The translations under genes were made by a program, and so were the position numbers. Under the pieces are notes generated by a model. The model saw nothing but the letters and a program-made list of their open reading frames with translations. It was not told the DNA's origin and did not search any database. A DNA stretch of 64,000 nt from a virus: positions 1-64,000 of IMG/VR virus record IMGVR_UViG_3300032282_001282. One strand, given 5' to 3'. Positions 9,103 to 18,497 of the stretch are shown piece after piece; the first letter of the stretch is position 1, and each line of letters starts with the position of its first letter.

Positions 9103-9558
9103 TTAAATGTTTTCTAGTAGCCAAATGTAGAAAGGGCTATCAAACGATAAAACCCAGGTGCCGTTCCACCCTAAATCAATACACATATCTAAATCGGGGC
9201 GGTTAGGATCGTCAGCAATAAACGTAGACTTTGAGTAAATTAAATTAGCCAGGTCAATTTCGTCTATTTCAACGCTTTTGATGTTTAACAATAGGTCTTT
9301 AACAATCTTAAACTCTGCAGAGCTAGAGTCATCTTTAACAACGTCGGAGTCTTCCTTGTTAATTAACTTAATTTTTAACTTACAAGGACCTTCTTCAATG
9401 TTGGCATCAAACTCTATGTACTCTACTTCGCCGGATGGCGCAGAAATGTTATCAATTTTAATAATTTGATCATTGACCATAATACCATAGCGGGGCTTTT
9501 TGTCCCAGTATGTACCTGCTAAACCAATTTTAAAATGTAAGTTTTCTACGTCAGCCAT
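9103..9558 (-). CDS. hypothetical protein
   Basis: 151 aa ORF in operon context. Confidence 0.7.
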   Translation of the reverse strand: MADVENLHFKIGLAGTYWDKKPRYGIMVNDQIIKIDNISAPSGEVEYIEFDANIEEGPCKLKIKLINKEDSDVVKDDSSSAEFKIVKDLLLNIKSVEIDEIDLANLIYSKSTFIADDPNRPDLDMCIDLGWNGTWVLSFDSPFYIWLLENI

Positions 9559-9569
9559 TGTAATTCCTA

Positions 9570-10466
9570 TTATTGTGCTGGTGCTGGTTGCGGATCTGCT
9601 TTTAGCGGACCGTCTAGTTTAGCGCCTTGTGCTTTTAATGTATCTTCAATGATACCAATAGATCCACGCTCGCTAATAGCAATCTTATCTAGGTCACCTG
9701 CGTACTCGTAGTGTCCAACGTGGTTCAACAATACTTTACTGTGTGCCCAAATTTCGCCACCAACTGCGGCCCAGCGACGGCAGAATAGCCAATCCTCTGA
9801 CAAATAATGTCCACGCTCATCAATCTTACAATCAAAGATAGAATACATCATTGGCTCGTACTGTTTGCCTAAGCCAACATCGTCGACATATTTGCATTCT
9901 GGATGAACTTCAATGAGTTTTTCGTACACATGACGCTTGAACATCAAGAAGCCTGTGCCCATAGTATCTACAGTAAAGATATCGCCTTGGATTTTAGTCT
10001 GTGGGCGTAAGTTAATAACATAGCTAACAGGCAATGCTTTCTTAGGATATAGTCCACCGATAACATCTTTGTCGTATGCCATCATTTGTAGAATTGATTC
10101 TGGTTGGAAGCGAATGTCTGCGTCAATGAACATAAAATGCGTAGCATCTTTGTTGGTCATCATCTTAGCCATTAAGTTATTACGAGCACGAGTAACCAAT
10201 GATTCATTAACCATTGTATCCAATGACCAGTTTAATCCTGCTTGTTGTGCTAATAGCACAAAACGCAAGAAGCTAGTCATAGTAGGTTCACTTACCATAC
10301 CACCGTAACATGGAATACCAATGTGTAAATGACACTTGCGGAAGTCAAAAGGAACACCTTGACCCTGTGGTTGTGCAACAGGCGCGGCCATTGCTTGCTT
10401 TTGTTTTGCGGCAGCGGCCTTAATAAGGTTCACAGCATCGCTTTGACTGATTTTTTTATCGCTCAT
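9570..10466 (-). CDS. GT-A fold glycosyltransferase-like protein
   Basis: IGIPCYGG, RARNNL, FMFIDADI (DxD), GTGFLM and SEDWLFC motifs. Confidence 0.75.
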   Translation of the reverse strand: MSDKKISQSDAVNLIKAAAAKQKQAMAAPVAQPQGQGVPFDFRKCHLHIGIPCYGGMVSEPTMTSFLRFVLLAQQAGLNWSLDTMVNESLVTRARNNLMAKMMTNKDATHFMFIDADIRFQPESILQMMAYDKDVIGGLYPKKALPVSYVINLRPQTKIQGDIFTVDTMGTGFLMFKRHVYEKLIEVHPECKYVDDVGLGKQYEPMMYSIFDCKIDERGHYLSEDWLFCRRWAAVGGEIWAHSKVLLNHVGHYEYAGDLDKIAISERGSIGIIEDTLKAQGAKLDGPLKADPQPAPAQ

Positions 10467-10492
10467 TGAGTTCTCTCTTTAATTAGTTGATT

Positions 10493-10660
10493 TTACGCTT
10501 TACTTACTTCGACAACAACTCCGTTGCCTAATAATTCTTCTGCTACTGATGCTAGTGCTGTTACAATATCTTCGTTAACTACAACAACAGCGCCTACACC
10601 ATCGTTTTTAACCAATTTACTGACAGTAATAACAATTACTTCTTCTTGAACTTTTGCCAT
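10493..10660 (-). CDS. small hypothetical protein (55 aa, MAKVQEEVIVITVSKLVK...)
   Basis: Found manually; SD AAGGAG; late promoter at 10690-10695. Confidence 0.7.
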   Translation of the reverse strand: MAKVQEEVIVITVSKLVKNDGVGAVVVVNEDIVTALASVAEELLGNGVVVEVSKA

Positions 10661-10688
10661 TTGTCACTCCTTGAAAAATGCTATGCTA

Positions 10689-11417
10689 TTATTTATTAGA
10701 CAGCACAACCAGCTCGTGAGTATTTGAAACTATGCCCGGACTTATTAGGTTTACAAAACTTAGTAAAGATAAGTCATTTACATAAAAGTAAACGTTCCAC
10801 ATAAAAGTGGTAGGTTTGGACAACATGTCAGCATTAGTTCTGGAAATTTTAACGTTTTCGGGTCCTAAGTTTTCTAAATACTTGTAGATGCTTTGTTTAA
10901 TATTAAAATCATAACGCCCATCACGTAGAATTACTTTATACTTAAAACCAACATCAACTCTACGTATAATAGAACCAGAATTTAAAATGTCTTCGGCATG
11001 CTTATCCACTGGACCAGATAGTATTTCAACACTGGTGTTAAATGGTACAAAATAGTTTTTTGCTATATCAATTAATTCGTGTTCATACTTAGAGTATATT
11101 TGAACTTTTGGTTCTTCTATACGAATTTTAACTGGTATAGTAGTATCTTGTTTTATTGTACGCAACTGTTCAAGCAAATCAGTATTGGCATTTTCCAAAT
11201 CTCTGTTGTTACGATAGCCCCAATACCCACCTGAGTTAAAGTTCTTTTGAACCAAACGTCTATGCTCTAACTCTTGATCCAACAAACCACGGCTGTCAAT
11301 TAAACGGCCGCCAGGGGCATGTAGGACCAATTTGTACAAGTATTGGTTGTAGTATTTTTTTGTAGTGTTAGCTACTGTAATATTAGGATTGAACCGAGTC
11401 CAGAATAATGTATCCAT
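10689..11417 (-). CDS. hypothetical protein
   Basis: 242 aa ORF overlapping the clpA 3' end. Confidence 0.7.
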   Translation of the reverse strand: MDTLFWTRFNPNITVANTTKKYYNQYLYKLVLHAPGGRLIDSRGLLDQELEHRRLVQKNFNSGGYWGYRNNRDLENANTDLLEQLRTIKQDTTIPVKIRIEEPKVQIYSKYEHELIDIAKNYFVPFNTSVEILSGPVDKHAEDILNSGSIIRRVDVGFKYKVILRDGRYDFNIKQSIYKYLENLGPENVKISRTNADMLSKPTTFMWNVYFYVNDLSLLSFVNLISPGIVSNTHELVVLSNK

Positions 11418-13671
11418 TGCTATCTATAGTTGGTGCAATAGGTGTATAGGTGTCTATTGCTGTAAATTTAAATTCATCATCAACATAATTGACTTCTACT
11501 ATTGTGTTAGCTGGAATAGCTTCAAACAGTATCTTTTTACTTAGGGGAACTTTAATCAAGTCGCTAATCTTGCGACCCAACGGACGAGCACCCATCTTAG
11601 GATCATATCCAACACCGACCAACTGTTCTACAGCTGACTCAGTAAGTCGGATTTTAATTGATTTTTCGCTGAGTAGATCATTAATTTCATTTACAAACTT
11701 AGCAACAATCTTCTTAATACTTAGATTATCAAGTTTATTGAATTTACAAATGCCATCTAAACGATTACGGAATTCTGGTTTAAAGAAGTCTTTAACAGCT
11801 TTATCATCTTCTCCTGACTTTTGCAGTTCACGACCAAAGCCAATGTTATTACGTTCACCATCGGCGGCGCCTAAGTTACTGGTTAAAATAACAATAGCGT
11901 TACGTGCATCTGCTTTCTTACCATTGCTTGACGTAATAGTACCCTCATCCATTAACTGTAACAAGATATTAGTTACATCTGGGTGTGCTTTTTCAATTTC
12001 ATCAAACAAGATAACACAGTTAGGATTCTTTTCAATATCGCTAATTAGCAAGCCACCGCCTAGGTTACTGTCGTCGTAGCCAACATAGCCCGGAGGAGCA
12101 CCAATTAGTTTTGCCGCGGCATGTTTTTCTTGGAACTCCGACATATCGTAACGCAAGAGTTTCATGCCCATACCTTCGGACAATAGTTTAGCAAATTCTG
12201 TTTTACCTGTACCTGTTGGGCCAAGGAACAAGAAGTTACCAATGGGTTTATTTATAGACTTAAGACCAGCACGGGCAACATAAATCTTTTCTAGTACAGT
12301 TTCAACAACTTGATCCTGTCCAAACAACTTGGTCTTGACTGTTTCTTCCAAGTTAACAAGACTCTTAGTGCTTTCGCTACCAATTTGCTCTGCTGGAATC
12401 TTAGTAAACTTGCTGATAATATCAACAATATGATTCTTACGCACAGTCCAACTCATTGCGTTAATCTTTAGTTTTGCCGCGGCAGTATCAATTAAGTCAA
12501 TAGCCTTGTCTGGTAGTTTCTTATCTGGTTGATAACGCACTGATAAATCAACTGCGGCATCAATGGCTTCATCACTGATCTGTCCGTTGTGGAATGCTTC
12601 AAAGTATTCACGTAGGCCACGTAGAATTTCTTTAGCAATAGCTGGTGTAGGTTCTTCAATAGTCATGCGTACAAATCGACGCATTAGAGCACGATCCTTT
12701 TCAAAGGATTGTGTGTATTCTTCCCATGTAGTACTTGCCAGAACTTTAATGTTACCTTTAGCCAGTGCCGGCTTGATCATGTTGGCAAAGTCTACTGAGC
12801 TATTGCTACCCGATCCTGCGCCACGCATTTGGTGTGCTTCATCAATAAACAATACTGTTTTGCCTTTGGCTTGTAGTGCGCCAATAACATCTTTAAACTT
12901 TTCTTCAAACTCACCGCGATACTTGCTACCTGCTAACAAACTACCAATGTCTAAGTTCCATACTGTATAATCACGTAGGTATTCAGGAACCTTACCTTCT
13001 GTAATGTTACGTGCAAGCCCTTCGGCAATAGCAGTCTTACCTACACCAGCGTCGCCGACCATTAATACGTTTGACTTGTTACGCTTGGCGAGGATCTGTG
13101 CTATTTCGTCTAGTTCAAACTCACGTCCTACTACAGGATCAATCTTGCCTTCTTTGGCTCGTACATTTAAGTTATCGCAGTACTCAGCTAAGATTTGATC
13201 GGCACGAGCATTTGCTGGAATACGACTGCGTTTAGTTTCTACATAGTTTTGATTGTAAAAATCAATTACTTGACTACGTTCCATGCCGTACTTGATAAAG
13301 AAGTAACTGGCATGACTGTTTGTTTCGTTTGAAATACTTAGGAAGATATCAATAATCTGTACGTGGTTACGTCCCGAGAATAGGACTTGTGTAAATGCAC
13401 GATTGAATACACGTTCTAGACTATGTGTTTTCTTTGGTACATAGTCTGCGTGTTTACTAATAATGTATGTTTGTTTTTGTAGATACTCTTCGATATCATT
13501 AACCATGGCATCAACATCAACACCAAATGCAAGCATTAACTCAGCCCAGGGCTTAAAAGTCATTAACCCATGTGCCAAATGTTCTAAGGTAACATATTCG
13601 TGATCGTATCTTTTTGCTTGCTCAGTTGCATTAGCAATAACTACTTCAATTTCGGGATTGTGTTGTATCAT
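11383..13671 (-). CDS. clpA: ATP-dependent Clp protease ATPase subunit ClpA
   Basis: Clp-N repeat, two AAA+ modules (GDAGVGKT, GPTGTGKT), KYRGEFEE, PPGYVG and IGF ClpP-binding loop. Confidence 0.95.
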   Translation of the reverse strand: MIQHNPEIEVVIANATEQAKRYDHEYVTLEHLAHGLMTFKPWAELMLAFGVDVDAMVNDIEEYLQKQTYIISKHADYVPKKTHSLERVFNRAFTQVLFSGRNHVQIIDIFLSISNETNSHASYFFIKYGMERSQVIDFYNQNYVETKRSRIPANARADQILAEYCDNLNVRAKEGKIDPVVGREFELDEIAQILAKRNKSNVLMVGDAGVGKTAIAEGLARNITEGKVPEYLRDYTVWNLDIGSLLAGSKYRGEFEEKFKDVIGALQAKGKTVLFIDEAHQMRGAGSGSNSSVDFANMIKPALAKGNIKVLASTTWEEYTQSFEKDRALMRRFVRMTIEEPTPAIAKEILRGLREYFEAFHNGQISDEAIDAAVDLSVRYQPDKKLPDKAIDLIDTAAAKLKINAMSWTVRKNHIVDIISKFTKIPAEQIGSESTKSLVNLEETVKTKLFGQDQVVETVLEKIYVARAGLKSINKPIGNFLFLGPTGTGKTEFAKLLSEGMGMKLLRYDMSEFQEKHAAAKLIGAPPGYVGYDDSNLGGGLLISDIEKNPNCVILFDEIEKAHPDVTNILLQLMDEGTITSSNGKKADARNAIVILTSNLGAADGERNNIGFGRELQKSGEDDKAVKDFFKPEFRNRLDGICKFNKLDNLSIKKIVAKFVNEINDLLSEKSIKIRLTESAVEQLVGVGYDPKMGARPLGRKISDLIKVPLSKKILFEAIPANTIVEVNYVDDEFKFTAIDTYTPIAPTIDSNGYIILDSVQS

Positions 13672-13679
13672 AAAAATAT

Positions 13680-14534
13680 TTATTGTTTATTGATTAATGA
13701 TCGAACAGTTTCTAGTTGTTCAGGAGAAAGGTTTTGTGGGACAGTAACACCTAGTTCTACAAATAAATCACCACGGCGACTTGAATTTATTTCATATAAT
13801 CCTTGTCCGGATAATCTAAATTTTATTCCCGGTTGTGCTCCAGGTGGAATGGTTAATTCGTACATTTTTCCATCTAACGTTGTAATATTTGTTTTACCAC
13901 CAACTGTTGCTACAAAGCAGTTTACACTAGTTTTAGTATATAAGTCAATACCGTTAATAGCAAAATTATTATCATTTAATACAGATATTTGTACATATAG
14001 ATCGCCACGTGGTATAGTGTTAAAAAGGTTATCACCTAAGCCACTGTATCTAATGTTATTACCGTTTGATATACCACGTGGGATATTTACTTCTACAGTT
14101 TCTCTATGTCCATTTGATGTTTGTACACTGATTGTTTTTCTTTGTTCTTCTAATGTACTTGCTAAGGTAACAGGCAATTCTATTCTTAGATCTTTATTGC
14201 GTTTTGGTTGTTGCTGTCTAAATTGCCCAAATGGATCTCCTCCACCAAAACCAAAGTTACGAAATATCTCGCCAATGTCATTAGGCATGTTACCATCGTT
14301 AGTATGCCAATGGAAACGCACTCCACCGGGACCGCCACCTTGTCGTTGCATATCATATTGCTGGCGCCGGTTTGGATCACTTAATGTGTCGTATGCTGTT
14401 TGTATTTCCTGGAATCGTTTTGTATCACCGCCCTTGTCTGGATGGTGTTGACTAGCGAGCCTACGATAGGCTTTTTTAAGTTCGTCGGCAGTAAAATTTT
14501 CGCCAACACCTAGTGTTTCGTAGTGTGTAGTCAT
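13680..14534 (-). CDS. dnaJ: DnaJ-class (CbpA-like) co-chaperone
   Basis: J-domain with HPD, G/F region, C-terminal domain, no zinc finger. Confidence 0.9.
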   Translation of the reverse strand: MTTHYETLGVGENFTADELKKAYRRLASQHHPDKGGDTKRFQEIQTAYDTLSDPNRRQQYDMQRQGGGPGGVRFHWHTNDGNMPNDIGEIFRNFGFGGGDPFGQFRQQQPKRNKDLRIELPVTLASTLEEQRKTISVQTSNGHRETVEVNIPRGISNGNNIRYSGLGDNLFNTIPRGDLYVQISVLNDNNFAINGIDLYTKTSVNCFVATVGGKTNITTLDGKMYELTIPPGAQPGIKFRLSGQGLYEINSSRRGDLFVELGVTVPQNLSPEQLETVRSLINKQ

Positions 14535-14540
14535 CCTTGT

Positions 14541-14569
14541 ATTATAAATGAAAAAGCCGGCAGAGTCAA
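14541..14569 (-). promoter_or_regulatory. sigma70 promoter TTGACT-N17-TATAAT, probably leaderless dnaJ mRNA
   Basis: -10 box ends 6 nt before the ATG; -35 box lies in the terminator hairpin. Confidence 0.65.
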
Positions 14570-14580
14570 ACTACCGGCTT
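14551..14580 (-). terminator. rho-independent terminator
   Basis: AAGCCGGTAG...CTGCCGGCTTTTT. Confidence 0.75.
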
Positions 14581-14597
14581 CCATATGATAAAGAAAA

Positions 14598-14783
14598 TTA
14601 CTTCTTTTTCTTGTCGTCTTTTTTGGCCGGTGCTTTTGGCTTGTCATCTGCTACTTTACCAGATGCTTCGGCTTTTTTATGCTTTTTAACTTTTTTTGGT
14701 GCTTGCTTGTCAGCCGCGTATGTTGGTGCAACTACAGTACTTGCAACCATTGCCGCTATTAAAATTGCTAAAAACTTTTTCAT
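14598..14783 (-). CDS. small secreted Lys/Ala-rich protein
   Basis: Signal peptide MKKFLAILIAAMVA...TYA; SD GGAGG. Confidence 0.7.
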   Translation of the reverse strand: MKKFLAILIAAMVASTVVAPTYAADKQAPKKVKKHKKAEASGKVADDKPKAPAKKDDKKKK

Positions 14784-14814
14784 TTAACTACCTCCGTGTT
14801 ATTATTATATATTA

Positions 14815-15318
14815 TTAAATGGCAGGAAACGACTGTTGTGGAACAACTTTTTGTCCATTTGCATTTACAGATGGAGAGCTTGATCCAAAGCCGCCACCAA
14901 AACTATTTGTTGTTGGTGCTGGCGCTGTACTCATGCTGTTTCCACCTAACGGTGTGCTACCAAAACCACTGCTTTGGATTGGAGCAGGAGGTGTGTATGT
15001 TGTACCTAATTGTGCGCCACCATTGTTGGCACCATTTAGTTTTTCCTGTGTACGACCGTATGCACTAACACCAATAATAGCACCCATAGCAATGTGGAAT
15101 AGTCCAGCACCTTGTAGTGTAATTGGTTGCCACTGTACGTTTACAGCACCGTGACCTAGGGTTTGTACAATACTCCACAGAATTGGGAATAATACAAAGT
15201 CAAACATACATACTACCATGTACATCCAACCCATCATTGGACGCCACTTTGAGTTCATCCAATCTTCTTTTTTCTTATCGCTGTCACTCATTGCTGAGTA
15301 TTCTTCTTTTGTTGGCAT
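14815..15318 (-). CDS. holin-like membrane protein (3TM-holin family-like)
   Basis: WRPMMGW...AYGRTQEK motif with hydrophobic helices; sits in the lysis cassette. Confidence 0.7.
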   Translation of the reverse strand: MPTKEEYSAMSDSDKKKEDWMNSKWRPMMGWMYMVVCMFDFVLFPILWSIVQTLGHGAVNVQWQPITLQGAGLFHIAMGAIIGVSAYGRTQEKLNGANNGGAQLGTTYTPPAPIQSSGFGSTPLGGNSMSTAPAPTTNSFGGGFGSSSPSVNANGQKVVPQQSFPAI

Positions 15319-15363
15319 TTCTAGCTCCTTTGTTGAACAACATTCTTATTGTTATTATAATAT

Positions 15364-15621
15364 TTATACGGCTAGGGCTATTGTTATTAACCCGTTTATT
15401 GCTACGTTTAATTTTTCCTTAAATGCAAGCTGACTCATGTCTTCTAGGATTGCTAACTGACTTTGTGCGTCTTTTAAGATTTCTGCTACTTCTGCATTTG
15501 ACATTTGTCCAACTTTAGCCTGCTCCACAATCATATTAATATCGTGTGCAAACTGTGCGAATGTTGGATCATTGCTATTAGCAATTTCTGCCAGGCTTTG
15601 TTGTATGTTGTCTAAATTCAT
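15364..15621 (-). CDS. hypothetical protein
   Basis: ORF in lysis operon. Confidence 0.65.
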   Translation of the reverse strand: MNLDNIQQSLAEIANSNDPTFAQFAHDINMIVEQAKVGQMSNAEVAEILKDAQSQLAILEDMSQLAFKEKLNVAINGLITIALAV

Positions 15622-16022
15622 CTTGGTCTTTGTCCGATCACGTGTTGTATTGTTTGAGCAGAGTGCTCAATGCTTTCAAACTTCAATTTACAAAATGTAG
15701 GGCTTACAGCATCGCCTTTGTTGTAGCGTTCTTTTAGTCCCTGTGCTATTTTGTTTAGCTCTTTACTGGCGTTAATTCCGTTGCTGTTACGTGGGATTTG
15801 TTCGCTGTAATTTTGAAACAAACTGGTCTTATAACTTATACTACCTGCGTTGGCCTTGCTTTTAACAGCGTCATCGCATTGTGTTTTAAACTCGCCTGCA
15901 TCGGTACGCACTTCTGTAATAATACGATATTCATTGGGATCAAACCCGGTCATCATATAAGCATCATACAGAGCACAACCGTTTAATGCTAACACTACTA
16001 CTGCTAGTAATATTTTTTTCAT
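15618..16022 (-). CDS. lipoprotein
   Basis: Lipobox LNGC. Confidence 0.7.
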   Translation of the reverse strand: MKKILLAVVVLALNGCALYDAYMMTGFDPNEYRIITEVRTDAGEFKTQCDDAVKSKANAGSISYKTSLFQNYSEQIPRNSNGINASKELNKIAQGLKERYNKGDAVSPTFCKLKFESIEHSAQTIQHVIGQRPR

Positions 16023-16285
16023 TTTACGCTTTCAAAGATACTACGTTGTGTTTTATACCATTCTATCCAACTATCTACTTTAATTCTGCATTCGTGGTAT
16101 TGTACGTAGTTGTCTGTAACAACTTTAACCACATCACTTAACTTATCTGTCTTAGTATCTACTTGTTCTAAATCAGGGCAGGCAGTGATTAATTCTGCAG
16201 GGACTTCGGGAAAGTGTCTGCTTACTGGTGTATTCAAACAGCCAGTTAACATTACTATTGGAATTAGGGCTAATAATTTTTTCAT
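16019..16285 (-). CDS. o-spanin (Rz1-like) lipoprotein
   Basis: Lipobox LTGC, P-x-x-P-x-E-L...CP motif, downstream of i-spanin. Confidence 0.7.
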   Translation of the reverse strand: MKKLLALIPIVMLTGCLNTPVSRHFPEVPAELITACPDLEQVDTKTDKLSDVVKVVTDNYVQYHECRIKVDSWIEWYKTQRSIFESVK

Positions 16286-16743
16286 TTACGACCCTTTTGA
16301 TTTTTAGCTGAATCGTTTAAAATATCAATTGCTTCGCGATCTATTTTACAATCAGCGTCAATTTTCTTTTCAACTTCTTTGATTCGTTCTTCGATTACAA
16401 CTTGCGTATCTTTAACAACTTTAACCTTGTCTCGATATTGTGTTTGTATAACTACGTTGGTTTCGCGGCTTTTTTCTTCTGCGACTTTAACCTTGGCTTC
16501 TAGATCAGCAACCTTGGCACGCCAAGCCATTTCAGTATTGTATCCGCCCTTGAAGTACACACCAAGTACAATTAACACAATACCAATTGGTCTTAAGAAT
16601 TGTACATAGTTACCGTAGAAGGGAATAAACTTGCCTAGCCAACCAGCAAACAATCCAGTCAGGCCAAGCGAAATGATTCCTATGTAGACCCAGTTTAGTA
16701 TAGCGTCGGGAATGAGTCCGACTATCCATTGTAATTGCCACAT
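16282..16743 (-). CDS. i-spanin (Rz-like)
   Basis: N-terminal TM segments followed by a coiled coil and C-terminal Cys; follows the endolysin. Confidence 0.65.
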   Translation of the reverse strand: MWQLQWIVGLIPDAILNWVYIGIISLGLTGLFAGWLGKFIPFYGNYVQFLRPIGIVLIVLGVYFKGGYNTEMAWRAKVADLEAKVKVAEEKSRETNVVIQTQYRDKVKVVKDTQVVIEERIKEVEKKIDADCKIDREAIDILNDSAKNQKGRK

Positions 16744-16745
16744 GA

Positions 16746-17369
16746 TTAAACGCCAAATACGTGTAGTGCGTGTTGATAATGTTTCTTACGATCATCAAGA
16801 CCCAATGTACCACCGTTGATACGTTTGGTCATTGTTAGGATATCACCGTTGTCTGCGTATTGGTTTAGATTGTTGGCTTCCCAGAACCAGCAAGCCGATT
16901 GTACACAGCCTTCAAAAGTCTGCATAAATTCTGTGATTTCTTCTAGAGGTGTATCGATACTTTCAGCAAACTTGCTGTAGTTTGATTTACCAGTTAACTG
17001 AATAAGTCCACGTCCGCAGTATTTCCAACCATCGCCCGACTCTTCTGGACCATTGCCCATACGGTTAGCGTAGGCACGATTAGCAATAGCTTCTGGCTTG
17101 TGTGCATAGTCATTTGCGTTTCCAGCATTGAAATACTTAGGCCATACACGGCATAGACTTTCTGCCTTGTAGTTTAAGTTTTCTTGAATAAAATTAAAGC
17201 CACCGGACTCGTGAGCACACTGAGCCAAGAAAGCCGCCACACGCTGTGGTGTATCAATTTCATAGTCGGGAAGAATTTTGCAAAGTGCTTCATACCAATG
17301 TTCTACATGGGTATTTTGCGGAATTATTTGTTGTAGTTGGTCTTGCGTAAAATTAAACTTGAAATCCAT
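16746..17369 (-). CDS. glycoside hydrolase family 19 endolysin
   Basis: AAFLAQCAHESGGF, GRGLIQLTGKSNY and TKRINGG motifs. Confidence 0.9.
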   Translation of the reverse strand: MDFKFNFTQDQLQQIIPQNTHVEHWYEALCKILPDYEIDTPQRVAAFLAQCAHESGGFNFIQENLNYKAESLCRVWPKYFNAGNANDYAHKPEAIANRAYANRMGNGPEESGDGWKYCGRGLIQLTGKSNYSKFAESIDTPLEEITEFMQTFEGCVQSACWFWEANNLNQYADNGDILTMTKRINGGTLGLDDRKKHYQHALHVFGV

Positions 17370-17384
17370 TTTGATTGCTCCTTA

Positions 17385-17933
17385 TTATCGAATTATGCCG
17401 GCTAGGTTCCTTAGACTTTCTGTGTAATCATTTGTAGGGGCCTTTGTATCAACAGGCAAACCCGCGGCTGTTTTTATTTGATCAATAGCTTCTTGACCAT
17501 ATGCTTGTTCGTATTCATCTGGGTTTGTTGGGATTAGTGATTCTAATGCTTCTAAACTTAGATTAGTTTCTTTATGGCTCTTGTAATAACGCACACGCCA
17601 ATCTTCTATTTTTTGATCGGTAACGTTCATTAGATCTTCCATAAGGTCCATGATATTTGTTGGAGCTTCTTCATTGCGATCTAGTTCAACAAATACAATG
17701 TAGCTACCGTCTTCCATTTCGCCTGAGCTTAGGTCTGCGTCAAGGATCCAGTCATAACCTTTTTCAACAAAGTTTACTAAATCTGTTGCAGGTTCTTTAC
17801 TATCAACTTTGAAACTTAGTACAACAACATCAGCGTCGTCACCAAGTTTGCTTTTAAATTCATCAATGTGTAACTCGGGATGAATTAGTCGTGCTAGATC
17901 ACCTTGTTCAAGGCCTTCAAATAAATTAGGCAT
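17385..17933 (-). CDS. conserved phage hypothetical protein
   Basis: Acidic ORF; start at MPNLFE overlaps the upstream stop. Confidence 0.65.
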   Translation of the reverse strand: MPNLFEGLEQGDLARLIHPELHIDEFKSKLGDDADVVVLSFKVDSKEPATDLVNFVEKGYDWILDADLSSGEMEDGSYIVFVELDRNEEAPTNIMDLMEDLMNVTDQKIEDWRVRYYKSHKETNLSLEALESLIPTNPDEYEQAYGQEAIDQIKTAAGLPVDTKAPTNDYTESLRNLAGIIR

Positions 17934-18486
17934 TTGTCGGCTCCTGTTGTGCATCTTGTTGCTCTAGGTCTTGATTAATTAGACCTTGTTGGTTTTGTGC
18001 TTCATTGTCAGCACCTGTTTCATAGGCTTGATCAATGTCTTCCATGTCAACGGTACCGCCTTCTAATTCCAACGCACCCTGTTCAATGTCAGCCATCAAT
18101 TTTTTAGGCATAGTAATTTCAACTAGCCAAATTGGGCTTTTAATCATCTTAGGAACTTTTGTGCCAGGTTGAAAATCGTTTGGAGTTTTTACCTTTATTG
18201 GATGTTCAAAGAAGTCACGTTTAAAGTTAACGTCGCAGTCATATTCGCTTAAACGTGCGGCACCTTTGGGATCGGGCATTTTTTTGTAAGGCCACATAAA
18301 AGTACATTTTACAAAATACTTTTCGTAGACGGGACCTTCAACTAGTTCACCTTGTTTCCAGTGTGCAAAAGCATACAGGTCAAGTTCATCTAAGACACGT
18401 TCAAAATCCAGCAAGGTATTAACTGCTGAATCTGTCATGAATATGTCTTTAGTATTCTTTAATAAGTCTCTTATATTAGCTGCCAT
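17926..18486 (-). CDS. conserved phage hypothetical protein
   Basis: 186 aa ORF with late promoter at 18495-18500. Confidence 0.7.
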   Translation of the reverse strand: MAANIRDLLKNTKDIFMTDSAVNTLLDFERVLDELDLYAFAHWKQGELVEGPVYEKYFVKCTFMWPYKKMPDPKGAARLSEYDCDVNFKRDFFEHPIKVKTPNDFQPGTKVPKMIKSPIWLVEITMPKKLMADIEQGALELEGGTVDMEDIDQAYETGADNEAQNQQGLINQDLEQQDAQQEPTNA

Positions 18487-18497
18487 AGTAAAAGTAT

